Shown: positions 39,722 through 48,382 of the stretch, piece after piece
How the letters are laid out: the number at the start of each line of letters is the position of its first letter
Numbering within the stretch: position 1 is the first letter of the stretch
From: a virus
Taxonomy: Duplodnaviria > Caudoviricetes
IMG/VR virus record: IMGVR_UViG_3300046167_000110
Location: 1 to 57,179 of that record
Direction: 5' to 3' (one strand)
Length of the DNA: 57,179 nucleotides
The notes under the pieces: generated by a model
Told to the model about the DNA's origin: nothing
Database searches by the model: none
What the model saw: the letters and a program-made list of their open reading frames with translations, nothing else
Position numbers and translations under genes: made by a program

Positions 39722-39824
39722 GAATAAAAGAATTGAATAACTGAATACCGAATAAACTGAATAAAAAAATGATTGACTTAATTAGGAGAATATGCCCAGA
39801 TAAAGACACTGAATAACAGAATAA
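39722..39824 (+). repeat. Cluster of eight GAATA short direct repeats
   Basis: GAATA at 39722, 39735, 39743, 39750, 39759, 39788, 39811 and 39819. Confidence 0.75.
39773..39802 (+). promoter_or_regulatory. Putative early promoter 2
   Basis: TTGACT -35 after an A tract; ATGCC before the -10 as in promoter 1; weak -10. Confidence 0.4.
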
Positions 39825-39835
39825 AACAGACCCTA

Positions 39836-40092
39836 GCTAATGGATTTTAGCAGTCGACAAAATGAGCAGTGTAATGAACTGCATAGTGAAGAAACCTTAT
39901 TTGAGCGTGGTATGACAAAACCTAAACTCGATTGAACATAGGCGGATAGCACATAAGAACCTAGGCAGATCGGGTTTCTAGAATGGTGACTTGAATCAAT
40001 CCATCAGTAGTGCTTGCGGTGAATGTAGCTTGGATAGGCCCAGGACAGATGTGTCCAGGATAATTGTGGCCTATCTTACTTTATGTTCAAAC
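39836..40092 (+). ncRNA. Highly structured early leader RNA (multibranch)
   Basis: UUGAACAUA (39932) pairs with UAUGUUCAA (40082) and encloses GAUAGGCC/GGCCUAUC, GGACA/UGUCC and AGCAC/GUGCU stems; further hairpins upstream. Confidence 0.55.
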
Positions 40093-40107
40093 TATGGAGA
40101 GTGAGAG

Positions 40108-40875
40108 ATGAAACTTAAATTATTAGGCGTTGGTACAAATGCAAAAACTATTAAGGGTGATGGTGACGAATACTTAACGGCCATTATGTATATGACCCCA
40201 TGGAAAATTCTGATTGATGGCATGATGCGTAACTCTTGCCCTATGGCAGAGGAGGCTGGTTGTGTAGCACCTTGCTTAAATACTGCCGGACGTGGTGCAA
40301 TGAATGTTGTACAATCTGCCAGACAAAGAAAAGCTGAATGGTTTTATAGAGACCGCGATGCATTCATGGAACAACTACGCCAAGACATTACAAGTTTTGA
40401 GAAGTATTGCACCAAACGAGGCATTCAACCGGTTGTGCGTCTTAACGGTACAACTGACATTCGTTGGGAAAGCATAAAGATTGCCGGATATACTACGATT
40501 TTTGAGCTATTCCCTAATGTACAGTTTTATGACTACACTAAAATATCAAATCGTAAAACTAAGCATATTGCCAATTACCATTTGACATGGAGTTACAGCG
40601 GTGCAAAGCAATCCTATGCTGATAAGCTTGACAGCGCAATCGAGGCCGGTATGAATGTGGCGGTTGTATTTCGTAAACCAGTAGAGATTAAGGGAAATGC
40701 ATGGCGTAATTTACCGGTAGTTGATGGTGACGCCGACGACTTACGGATACTTGACCCTAAGGGCGGTCATGCGGTTGCATTGTATGCCAAGGGCAAGGCC
40801 AAGAAAGACAAAAGCGGTTTTGTAGTTGATATAGTTGAAGCTGAGTGGTCACGAAAGTTGGCCGAATATGCTTAA
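40108..40875 (+). CDS. Gp88-like protein (first early gene)
   Basis: CP.A..GC...CLN.AGRG, RLNGTTD, FYDYTK, NYHLT.SYS and DGD..DLR..D motifs. Confidence 0.7.
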   Translation: MKLKLLGVGTNAKTIKGDGDEYLTAIMYMTPWKILIDGMMRNSCPMAEEAGCVAPCLNTAGRGAMNVVQSARQRKAEWFYRDRDAFMEQLRQDITSFEKYCTKRGIQPVVRLNGTTDIRWESIKIAGYTTIFELFPNVQFYDYTKISNRKTKHIANYHLTWSYSGAKQSYADKLDSAIEAGMNVAVVFRKPVEIKGNAWRNLPVVDGDADDLRILDPKGGHAVALYAKGKAKKDKSGFVVDIVEAEWSRKLAEYA

Positions 40876-40943
40876 TGAAAAAATAATACTTGCAATACTT
40901 TTAATAGCATTAATAATATATATGCATAACAGTGGAGAGTAAA

Positions 40944-41156
40944 ATGGATTACCAAGTAAATACTTATAGAAGCTATGTAGCCAGACACGCCTTAAGACAA
41001 GGTCATGAGGTCTATGCTACAAAAGCTTTTGCATCTGAAAGACCAGTGAAAGATTACAGACTATTCACGGAAGATGATGTGCTAAATGTTGAAAAAGCAT
41101 TATTCATTATTAAAGGTTTATCTAGTGCTGATGTTACAGAATTGAGGTTATTATAA
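40944..41156 (+). CDS. Hypothetical early protein
   Basis: ATG at 40944 after GGAGAG; TAATG-coupled to the next gene. Confidence 0.55.
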   Translation: MDYQVNTYRSYVARHALRQGHEVYATKAFASERPVKDYRLFTEDDVLNVEKALFIIKGLSSADVTELRLL

Positions 41157-41470
41157 TGGATTGGAAAACATACATAACAGATTTAAATATACCTAAAGAT
41201 TGGACTTATAACGCGGATCATCACGCCGTATTGCCTAGTTATTATACAAGCACCGGTTATATTATTTATGTTGATAGCCACGATAAGAATGAGCGTTTAT
41301 TAAATTCTAAAGAGTGGAACGGTTGCGCCACAATGGATAATTTACACCCTAGGTTCACGGTATTTAGTGACGACTATGCAAGTGGTAATACGCTTGACAT
41401 TCCAGAGGAATTACTAGCTACTGATGATTTTAATGAAGTACTAAAGTTTGCAAAGGAGAGAAGCAAATGA
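41156..41470 (+). CDS. Hypothetical early protein
   Basis: 104 aa ORF coupled at both ends. Confidence 0.65.
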   Translation: MDWKTYITDLNIPKDWTYNADHHAVLPSYYTSTGYIIYVDSHDKNERLLNSKEWNGCATMDNLHPRFTVFSDDYASGNTLDIPEELLATDDFNEVLKFAKERSK

Positions 41471-42570
41471 GAATAAGAACAAAACTTTCACTATGCGATG
41501 GCTTAAGCGGTAGCCAGATTGCAGGAGAACGCATTGGACTAATTGCTGATACATACATTGCCAGTGAGATAGATCCATACGCTATTAAAATCACACAAAA
41601 GAATTACCCTAATACTATACAAGTGGGTGATATGAATAATTGGCGTGATTGGGATATTGATTGGCATAGTGTTGACCTAGTGATTGCCGGTTTTCCGTGT
41701 CAGTCTTGGTCGGTTGCCGGAAAAGGTAAGGCCGACAGGGACCCTAGGGGTCAGCTATTTTGGGTAGTGTTGGATATTATGCAGCACGTACTATCATGTA
41801 ATCCTAAGGCCAAGTATATCATGGAAAATGTACGCATGAGCGACGCATTTGAGGAATACATAACGTATCACACTGAGCAAGCTTTGCCCAACGTGAATAA
41901 ATATTTGATCAACAGTTCGTTAGTGTCAGCACAAAACAGAAAGCGGTTTTACTGGACTAACATCGATGGTATTGAGCAACCAAAAGATCGTGGCATTGTC
42001 TTAAAGGATATACTTGAGGACGGTTTGACTGACCGAACTAAGTCGCATTGTCTTGACGCTAATTACTTCAAGGGCGGTAATCTTAAGTCATACTTCGAGA
42101 AGCATCGCAGACAGTTGGTGTTTAGTCCTAATGGTATGTGTCATGTAGGCGACGCTGACTTGAGTGGTAATCAATCCATCAAACGAGTATACCATGAGGA
42201 AGGTAAAGCTCCAACCCTTACAACTATGGGTGGTGGCCACAGAGAGCCTAAAGTATTGGTTAAAGGTGCTCGCATGGTTGGGCGTAGACTAGATTCTGAA
42301 GGTACACGCAAGGATAACGATAAGTCTATTCCTATCAGACAAATGATTGAAGTTCGTGATGATGATAAAACTAACTGCTTAACTACAGTTACAAAAGATA
42401 GCATACTAATTGAAGATATGTCTTGGCGCAAATTAACACCTCTGGAATGCGAACGCTTACAGACTGTCCCTGATGGATATACCGAAGGGGTGTCAAACAC
42501 CCAAAGATACAAAATGCTAGGCAATGGCTTCACGGTAGATGTCATAGCACATATATTGAAAGGAATATAA
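41467..42570 (+). CDS. DNA (cytosine-5) methyltransferase
   Basis: Variant motif I (LSLCDGLSG), GFPCQ, ENV, QNRKR, ERLQ and YKMLGNG. Confidence 0.92.
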   Translation: MRIRTKLSLCDGLSGSQIAGERIGLIADTYIASEIDPYAIKITQKNYPNTIQVGDMNNWRDWDIDWHSVDLVIAGFPCQSWSVAGKGKADRDPRGQLFWVVLDIMQHVLSCNPKAKYIMENVRMSDAFEEYITYHTEQALPNVNKYLINSSLVSAQNRKRFYWTNIDGIEQPKDRGIVLKDILEDGLTDRTKSHCLDANYFKGGNLKSYFEKHRRQLVFSPNGMCHVGDADLSGNQSIKRVYHEEGKAPTLTTMGGGHREPKVLVKGARMVGRRLDSEGTRKDNDKSIPIRQMIEVRDDDKTNCLTTVTKDSILIEDMSWRKLTPLECERLQTVPDGYTEGVSNTQRYKMLGNGFTVDVIAHILKGI

Positions 42571-42571
42571 T

Positions 42572-42676
42572 ATGACTGATTTAACAGATGATGGTCAGAG
42601 ATATGAACACTACTTAGATACTACACAGGATGTATTTCCTAAAACGTTTGAAGAATTTATTAAGGCAGGTATGTAA
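42572..42676 (+). CDS. 34-aa hypothetical protein
   Basis: Hand translation MTDLTDDGQRYEHYLDTTQDVFPKTFEEFIKAGM; RBS AAGGA. Confidence 0.5.
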   Translation: MTDLTDDGQRYEHYLDTTQDVFPKTFEEFIKAGM

Positions 42677-42706
42677 TGTTAGGAGCAAATAAAAGGAGTA
42701 TAACAA

Positions 42707-43051
42707 ATGGGAAATAGAGCAACAATAGAAGTAGTAGGTGATACAGTTTTATACAACAAATCACCTTGCTACATATACGTTCACTGGTCAGGTAGTCCTG
42801 AGACTGTGACACAGTTCGTAAAGAATGCCGCGCCTAACATGCGTAAAACAGATGTCAACTATTCTACTGCTAGACTAATAACTGAGATATGTAATTATGT
42901 AGAGGGTGGTCTATCTGTAGGTGTATATCCTGCCTCCGAGAATAACAAAGAGGCGTGGGACAATGGACATTATGTTGTAGATATAAGCAATGGTAACATT
43001 AAGAATAACAATAAACTTATAGCTGATGGCATAGAATTTGGAGATTTTTAG
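42707..43051 (+). CDS. Hypothetical early protein
   Basis: MGNRA.I...IYVHW.G motif; RBS AAGGAG. Confidence 0.7.
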   Translation: MGNRATIEVVGDTVLYNKSPCYIYVHWSGSPETVTQFVKNAAPNMRKTDVNYSTARLITEICNYVEGGLSVGVYPASENNKEAWDNGHYVVDISNGNIKNNNKLIADGIEFGDF

Positions 43052-43052
43052 A

Positions 43053-43205
43053 ATGGATAACAAATATTTTAATGTAACTGAACACGAACGTTCAGAAAAA
43101 AGAAAAGAATTACTAGCCATATCTCTTTTATGGTCATTATTCGGTTTCGCAGCCATAGGTGTATTGGCTACGGTTAGTTTAATAATAACGTTAGTATGGA
43201 GTTAA
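43053..43205 (+). CDS. 50-aa membrane protein
   Basis: Hand translation; long C-terminal hydrophobic segment; RBS GGAG. Confidence 0.55.
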   Translation: MDNKYFNVTEHERSEKRKELLAISLLWSLFGFAAIGVLATVSLIITLVWS

Positions 43206-43208
43206 AAC

Positions 43209-43421
43209 ATGGATATGAAAAAATACTATGGCCAGTTAGTGGGTTGTAAAATCCAGGACTTTCACTTTGAAGAGGGTACTTTTGAATATGATAAACCCTT
43301 TCCAGTATTCACATTAAATAACGGCTCAGAAAAAGTACGATTTGTAATATCGCAGGATGAAGAGGGCAATGGCGGTGGCTTTGCTTTCATAGAAGATCAG
43401 AAGGAAGTAGCAAATGCTTAG
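43209..43421 (+). CDS. Hypothetical early protein
   Basis: SQDEEGNGGGF motif; RBS GGAG. Confidence 0.65.
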   Translation: MDMKKYYGQLVGCKIQDFHFEEGTFEYDKPFPVFTLNNGSEKVRFVISQDEEGNGGGFAFIEDQKEVANA

Positions 43422-43575
43422 AGTTTTAATTAAAGATAAATCTAATAAAGTATTATGCTATGAAACTATAACGTCGGGTGATGCAAATCTGGCAAGGAAA
43501 CAGGCTGCCCTATACAATAGCATGGCAGGTATTAAAGCTGAAATAAAATATATAGCCGACAAAGACTGTGGCTAA
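43414..43575 (+). CDS. 53-aa hypothetical protein
   Basis: Hand translation MLRVLIKDKSNKVLCYE...DCG; RBS AAGGA. Confidence 0.5.
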   Translation: MLRVLIKDKSNKVLCYETITSGDANLARKQAALYNSMAGIKAEIKYIADKDCG

Positions 43576-43660
43576 AATGCAACGTGATAAAATGGTAACA
43601 TTGACTTATCATCTACTATCATAATACAATAAATTCATGTAATAGAAAAGGAATATAAAC

Positions 43661-43879
43661 ATGGCTAAAATTACTCAACATAATAAAATCCTCAAGCATC
43701 TTCGCTTAAGCAAAGGCTTAACTGTAGTAGACGCTGTAGTGCAGTACAGTATACCGTCTTTCACTAAACGTATCTCTGAGTTACGTAAGTTAGGCCATCG
43801 CATTGATGGTATTAAAAAAATAAACCCTATCACAGGGCAACGTTATACACGATATGTTTTAGTTGAGGAGGCTTCGTAA
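43661..43879 (+). CDS. Winged helix-turn-helix DNA-binding protein
   Basis: Q..KIL.HL....LT..DA...Y.I.....RISELR..G..I pattern. Confidence 0.7.
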   Translation: MAKITQHNKILKHLRLSKGLTVVDAVVQYSIPSFTKRISELRKLGHRIDGIKKINPITGQRYTRYVLVEEAS

Positions 43880-44094
43880 TGATTGCTAGTAAAGCTATTA
43901 AAATCTATACCAGTACAGGTGAGCCTGATGGTAGGTTTATAACAACTGTATTTAATCCTAAAGAAGCATTAAACTTGCGTACTAGACTTTTCAAACGAGG
44001 TGATGTAAAGAGGGTTATCTTTAAGAATTCTGAAAACACTACACTATGCAGCTTCAGTAGTGCTAATGGTGTTAGCAAAATGTTATTTACATAG
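43879..44094 (+). CDS. Hypothetical protein
   Basis: TAATG-coupled; RBS GAGGAGG. Confidence 0.6.
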   Translation: MIASKAIKIYTSTGEPDGRFITTVFNPKEALNLRTRLFKRGDVKRVIFKNSENTTLCSFSSANGVSKMLFT

Positions 44095-44106
44095 GATTAA
44101 TTGATA

Positions 44107-44208
44107 ATGAAAAACATACTACTACATGCCCTACCTTTAGCAGTAGCATTTGTTTACTTGTATGGGTTTGTATATCTTTGGTATAAAAATGTGAAGGATA
44201 ATAAGTAA
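44107..44208 (+). CDS. 33-aa membrane peptide
   Basis: Hand translation MKNILLHALPLAVAFVYLYGFVYLWYKNVKDNK; RBS AGGA. Confidence 0.45.
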   Translation: MKNILLHALPLAVAFVYLYGFVYLWYKNVKDNK

Positions 44209-44209
44209 T

Positions 44210-45124
44210 ATGAATATCCCCAAGCAAAACTCTACCCTACAAATACTTGTAGATTTTTACTTAAATTCCAGGTTTTTCGCTCGTTTATCGCGTGTCTCTC
44301 AGCGCGACTACGAAGCTCACCTGAAAGCGGTATGTTCTACAGTAGTAGAAGGTCGTAAGCTTGGGGACTATCGCAATAAGAACCTTAAGGTTAGACACCT
44401 GATGCAAGCATACGAAACATGGCTTGAAACAGGTATAAGAACGGCAAACTACCGTCGCTCTGTTTTGATGGCTGCGTGGAAACATTCTATGCGCCACGAT
44501 ATAATGACACATGATCCTGTTAGCTTAGTAAAGACGGTATCGTCTCCTCCTAAACGAACCCGATGGAGCAAGGAACATGTACAGAGCTTTCTTAAGACTT
44601 CTTATGGCGACTTCCGTTGGCGTAGCATTGGTCTGATCGTCCATATGGCATATGATTGGGGACAACGTGTGGGTGACATGCGTGTTCTCACTTGGAACAA
44701 GCTAGACTTGACCCAGTGTCGCTTGGACTTAACTCAGAGTAAGCGTAATGCAGAGATTCATCTCCCAATCTCTCAAGGATTATGCGACATGCTACGCCAA
44801 CAAAAGGAAGACTTTGGGTTTCAAGAATACGTTGCGCCGCGTGTTAAGCCAAGAGCAGGTGCATACACACCTTACGATAAAACAGAAATAGGTATTATAA
44901 TCAATGAGGTACTACACGAAGCTAATCTTCCTATGACTTTAACTGCTATGGATCTACGTCGTACTGCAGTTACTGAAATGATGGAGGGTGGTGTTGATGC
45001 TGTAGGTATCATGCAAGTCACTGGCCATAAAAACATTGGCTCTATTAAACCTTACATGGTAAATACATTCAGTGGTGCAACCAGAGCATTGTCAGCTAGA
45101 GGAGAAGAAGATGAACATTCGTGA
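44210..45124 (+). CDS. int: Tyrosine recombinase/integrase
   Basis: GQRVGD (R), QSK (K), MDLRRT (xxxR), TGH and PY catalytic tyrosine. Confidence 0.85.
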   Translation: MNIPKQNSTLQILVDFYLNSRFFARLSRVSQRDYEAHLKAVCSTVVEGRKLGDYRNKNLKVRHLMQAYETWLETGIRTANYRRSVLMAAWKHSMRHDIMTHDPVSLVKTVSSPPKRTRWSKEHVQSFLKTSYGDFRWRSIGLIVHMAYDWGQRVGDMRVLTWNKLDLTQCRLDLTQSKRNAEIHLPISQGLCDMLRQQKEDFGFQEYVAPRVKPRAGAYTPYDKTEIGIIINEVLHEANLPMTLTAMDLRRTAVTEMMEGGVDAVGIMQVTGHKNIGSIKPYMVNTFSGATRALSARGEEDEHS

Positions 45125-45899
45125 TTACGTTGAAGGCTTAGCCTTACGAGATGATGAAACATACCGAGGTGATTGCCCCCAGTGTCGAGGTAAGGGTACT
45201 TTTACAGCTATAAATGATAGCGGTACTATGAAATACAACTGTTATAAGCTTGGCTGCGGTACTAGAGGAACATACAGTTCTGATATGACAGCCGAAGATA
45301 TACTTAGACGTATGCGCCCAGCGCAAGAACCAGCAAATAAAGAAGTGGATACTATGGAAATACCTGTATATCTAGTCAGACCTAGCCAAGAGCACGAGAA
45401 GCATAGAGACTTTGTACTTCGTTGGGGTTTACAGCATTATCCTGGACTTCTTTACGATGTTAGGCAAGAGAGAACCGTCTTTCCTATCCTACATAAAGGT
45501 CGCATGATTGATGCAGTGGGTCGTGCTGTCGGTACGAGGGTGCAACCTAAGTGGTACAGATACACCGGCGCTGCTGACTACTTCACAGTAGGGACAGGTG
45601 ATGTCGCAATAGTTGTAGAGGATGTCGTTTCTGCCATAGTTGCAGAGAAGCTAGTACCAAATGTGACAGCTATGGCTATACTAGGCACGTCTATATCCAA
45701 GACACATCTAGCAGCACTTGCAGAATATCCGAAAGTAGTGATAGCACTTGACCCAGATGCTATGTCTAAAACTATTTCTTATCGGAGAGAGATTAACCTA
45801 TGGACAGGCAATGAAACAATCGCTATGAAACTCCATGATGATATCAAATATAGATCCCCTGAGGACATAGCTAAATTAACGGAGATAACAAGTGAGTAA
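45111..45899 (+). CDS. DNA primase (zinc finger + TOPRIM)
   Basis: CPQC...C...C, GR, KWYRY, VEDVVSA and LDPDA; start at ATG 45111 after GAGGAG. Confidence 0.85.
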   Translation: MNIRDYVEGLALRDDETYRGDCPQCRGKGTFTAINDSGTMKYNCYKLGCGTRGTYSSDMTAEDILRRMRPAQEPANKEVDTMEIPVYLVRPSQEHEKHRDFVLRWGLQHYPGLLYDVRQERTVFPILHKGRMIDAVGRAVGTRVQPKWYRYTGAADYFTVGTGDVAIVVEDVVSAIVAEKLVPNVTAMAILGTSISKTHLAALAEYPKVVIALDPDAMSKTISYRREINLWTGNETIAMKLHDDIKYRSPEDIAKLTEITSE

Positions 45900-46524
45900 A
45901 ATAACAGTAGAATTGATTGATAATATGGGATCGGATCTAACGGTAGTCAATGCTGCCAGAGTATCCTTTGGTAATAGATCTAAGTCTTTAGAGAAACGAG
46001 ATCATAACCTTATTCGCTACCTTGCTAACCATAAGCACACTAGCCCATTCGGGCATTGTTTCGCAACGTTTCATGTCAAGGCTCCTATCTTCGTAGCTAG
46101 GCAGTTAGTCAAACATAAGTTCTTGCGTTGGAATGAAATTAGCAGAAGGTATGTAGACAATGAGCCTGAGTTTTATTTACCTGAGGTATGGCGTGGTCGT
46201 AGTGTAGATAAGAAACAAGGTAGCGATGGGGTTGTTTATCCTTTCAATGGATCTGAGAATGAGTTTGTTAACTACACAGCAATAAGAGTTTACAAAGAAC
46301 TTCTTGAGGAAGGTGTTGCACCTGAGCAAGCACGTATGGTTTTACCACAGTCTACAATGACTGAGTGGTGGTGGTCCGGCAGCTTGGATGCTTTTGCTGA
46401 TATGTGTATACTAAGATGTAAATCTGACACACAGTACGAGACAAGGATGGTTGCTAATCAAATAGATAAACTTATGGAAGAGAAGTATCCTACATCTTGG
46501 AAGGCTTTGTGCGATGCTGAATAA
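45892..46524 (+). CDS. thyX: Flavin-dependent thymidylate synthase
   Basis: AARVS, H.SPF.H, ARQL.KH....NE.SRRY and PEQARMVLP. Confidence 0.93.
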   Translation: MSKITVELIDNMGSDLTVVNAARVSFGNRSKSLEKRDHNLIRYLANHKHTSPFGHCFATFHVKAPIFVARQLVKHKFLRWNEISRRYVDNEPEFYLPEVWRGRSVDKKQGSDGVVYPFNGSENEFVNYTAIRVYKELLEEGVAPEQARMVLPQSTMTEWWWSGSLDAFADMCILRCKSDTQYETRMVANQIDKLMEEKYPTSWKALCDAE

Positions 46525-46771
46525 TTTAAAAGATGATGATGTGGTACATGAACCTGGACACTATTCTCGATGGTTAATTGAACCTATCACTTATATTATG
46601 CGTAATGGCTTTGAGTTCTGGCGTGGTAACATTATTAAATATGCAAGTCGTGCAGGATATAAGCTGTATGCAGATAAGACTCAGGTGGAGTCAGAAATTA
46701 TAGATCTTGAAAAGGTCAAGCGTTACTGCGACATGAGAATTAATCAATTAAATGGAGAAGAAAAGTTATGA
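46514..46771 (+). CDS. DUF3310-like protein
   Basis: V..P.HY...IE...F..GN.IKY..R.G.K...DL.K...Y. Confidence 0.7.
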   Translation: MLNNLKDDDVVHEPGHYSRWLIEPITYIMRNGFEFWRGNIIKYASRAGYKLYADKTQVESEIIDLEKVKRYCDMRINQLNGEEKL

Positions 46772-46896
46772 TACCAATATCTATGCTAAAAAGATTACTT
46801 ATAAAAGAAGGCTTGGAGTTTAAGATTGTTAAAGTGGTAGGCAATGTAGCTCAAGTAAATATAATTGTAGCGGAGCCTTCTGATGTTCACAGTTGA
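46768..46896 (+). CDS. 42-aa hypothetical protein
   Basis: Hand translation MIPISMLKRLLIKEGLEFKIVKVVGNVAQVNIIVAEPSDVHS; ATGA overlap. Confidence 0.45.
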   Translation: MIPISMLKRLLIKEGLEFKIVKVVGNVAQVNIIVAEPSDVHS

Positions 46897-47122
46897 TTTT
46901 GAGCCTGATGCTGCAGTCGTTAAAACTTTAGATCAAAAAGGTAAGCATGAGGATATTGAGCTTATATTCGCTGACTCTGGCGATGTATACATAAGACAGT
47001 TTGAACCTGATATGGACGCCTATCAATTAATCATCATGAGTGGTCAGCAGTGGTTAGACATAATGGCGGCATATAAAAGTAAAGAAGGTGCGTACTACGT
47101 GGAGATGGTACACAAAGATTAG
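46883..47122 (+). CDS. Hypothetical protein
   Basis: MFTVDF...D....ED......D...YIRQ pattern; RBS GGAG. Confidence 0.6.
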   Translation: MFTVDFEPDAAVVKTLDQKGKHEDIELIFADSGDVYIRQFEPDMDAYQLIIMSGQQWLDIMAAYKSKEGAYYVEMVHKD

Positions 47123-47140
47123 AAAACATCAAAGGAGAGA

Positions 47141-48373
47141 ATGACAATGATGGAACTGGCATTAATTAAAACATTACTGGATCGTACATTTTACGAACAG
47201 CACAAGGGTATACGTTGCCCTGATAAGATATTTACAAAGGATGCACGTAAGATTAAGCAAGCATTGGATGGTGCTATGCAAACGTATGAAGGCGATTTAA
47301 ACGTCCAGGATTTACAGGCTGTATTCAATCGCATGAACCAAAGTATGACTACTGCTACACGTACAGCATATGATGATATGTTTAGGCGTATAGAAAGAGC
47401 CGAGCCCATTAAGGCAGAGATTGCAGAGGATACATTATCACAATTATTTCAGCAGCATGTAGGGGATAGGGTTGCTAACCTTGGGTTTGATTTTGTTAAT
47501 GGAGCAGAGAATAGCCTTGAGCCCTTGAGACGTCTGTTAGAAGATTACAAAGATGATTTTACACCTAACTTACGCATTGAATGGGATGATATTGATGTCG
47601 ATACCTTACTAAAGGCTAACGACTTACAAACGCAATGGAAGTTTAACGTACCAAGTCTTCGCCGTAAGGTTGAGGGTGTTAGCGGTGGGCATCTGTTACT
47701 TGTAGGTGCACGTCCCAATACAGGTAAGACATCCTTTCATGCAAGTCTTATTGCAGGTCCAGATGGATGGGCTCATCAGGGTGCCAAGTGTATAGTTCTT
47801 TGTAATGAAGAGAGCTATGAACGTGTAGGTGCACGTTACCTAAGTGCCGCAGCCAATATGACTATGGATGAAATACGTGAGAATATATCATTAGCTCGTT
47901 CAAGGTTTGAACCTGTACGTAAGAACCTACGCATCAAGGATAGTACTAACAAAGATATGCATTGGGTCGAGGCCGTTGTTAAAAACGAGAAGCCTGACAT
48001 TGTAGTATTAGATATGGGAGATAAGTTTGCTACTAAGAACAGTGATAAATCAGATGTGTATCTTAAGGATGCTGCTATCTACGCTCGTAACATCGCTAAG
48101 CAATATGACTGCTGTGTGATCTGGATGTCGCAATTAAGTGCTGTAGCTGAAGGTAAGGTATTTGTAGACCAATCTATGATGGAGGGATCTAAGACAGGTA
48201 AGGCAGCAGAATCTGACCTGATGGTTTTGATCTCTAAGAATCCTATCGTTGAAGGCGCTGATGAACAAGACACACAAAGACACTTGAATATTGCTAAGAA
48301 TAAGCTTAAGGGTGGTTGGCATGGTGTAGTACACTGTGAGTTAGATGGAGGCCGTTCACTATACACGGCATAG
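47141..48373 (+). CDS. DnaB-like (SF4) replicative helicase
   Basis: GARPNTGKTS Walker A, VVLD, SQLS and KNK motifs. Confidence 0.9.
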   Translation: MTMMELALIKTLLDRTFYEQHKGIRCPDKIFTKDARKIKQALDGAMQTYEGDLNVQDLQAVFNRMNQSMTTATRTAYDDMFRRIERAEPIKAEIAEDTLSQLFQQHVGDRVANLGFDFVNGAENSLEPLRRLLEDYKDDFTPNLRIEWDDIDVDTLLKANDLQTQWKFNVPSLRRKVEGVSGGHLLLVGARPNTGKTSFHASLIAGPDGWAHQGAKCIVLCNEESYERVGARYLSAAANMTMDEIRENISLARSRFEPVRKNLRIKDSTNKDMHWVEAVVKNEKPDIVVLDMGDKFATKNSDKSDVYLKDAAIYARNIAKQYDCCVIWMSQLSAVAEGKVFVDQSMMEGSKTGKAAESDLMVLISKNPIVEGADEQDTQRHLNIAKNKLKGGWHGVVHCELDGGRSLYTA

Positions 48374-48382
48374 GAGAGACAT

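Noticed and set aside
38700-40107. tRNA genes or a hammerhead ribozyme in the control region
   Set aside because: No cloverleaf with a T-loop GTTCRA and no CUGANGA/GAAA core found by eye; tRNAscan-SE and Infernal would be needed to exclude them fully
39119-43583. Similar TGTGRC-W-rich-ATGCA motifs at 39119 and 43567 (RegA/CRP-like)
   Set aside because: Only two degenerate copies; not enough support
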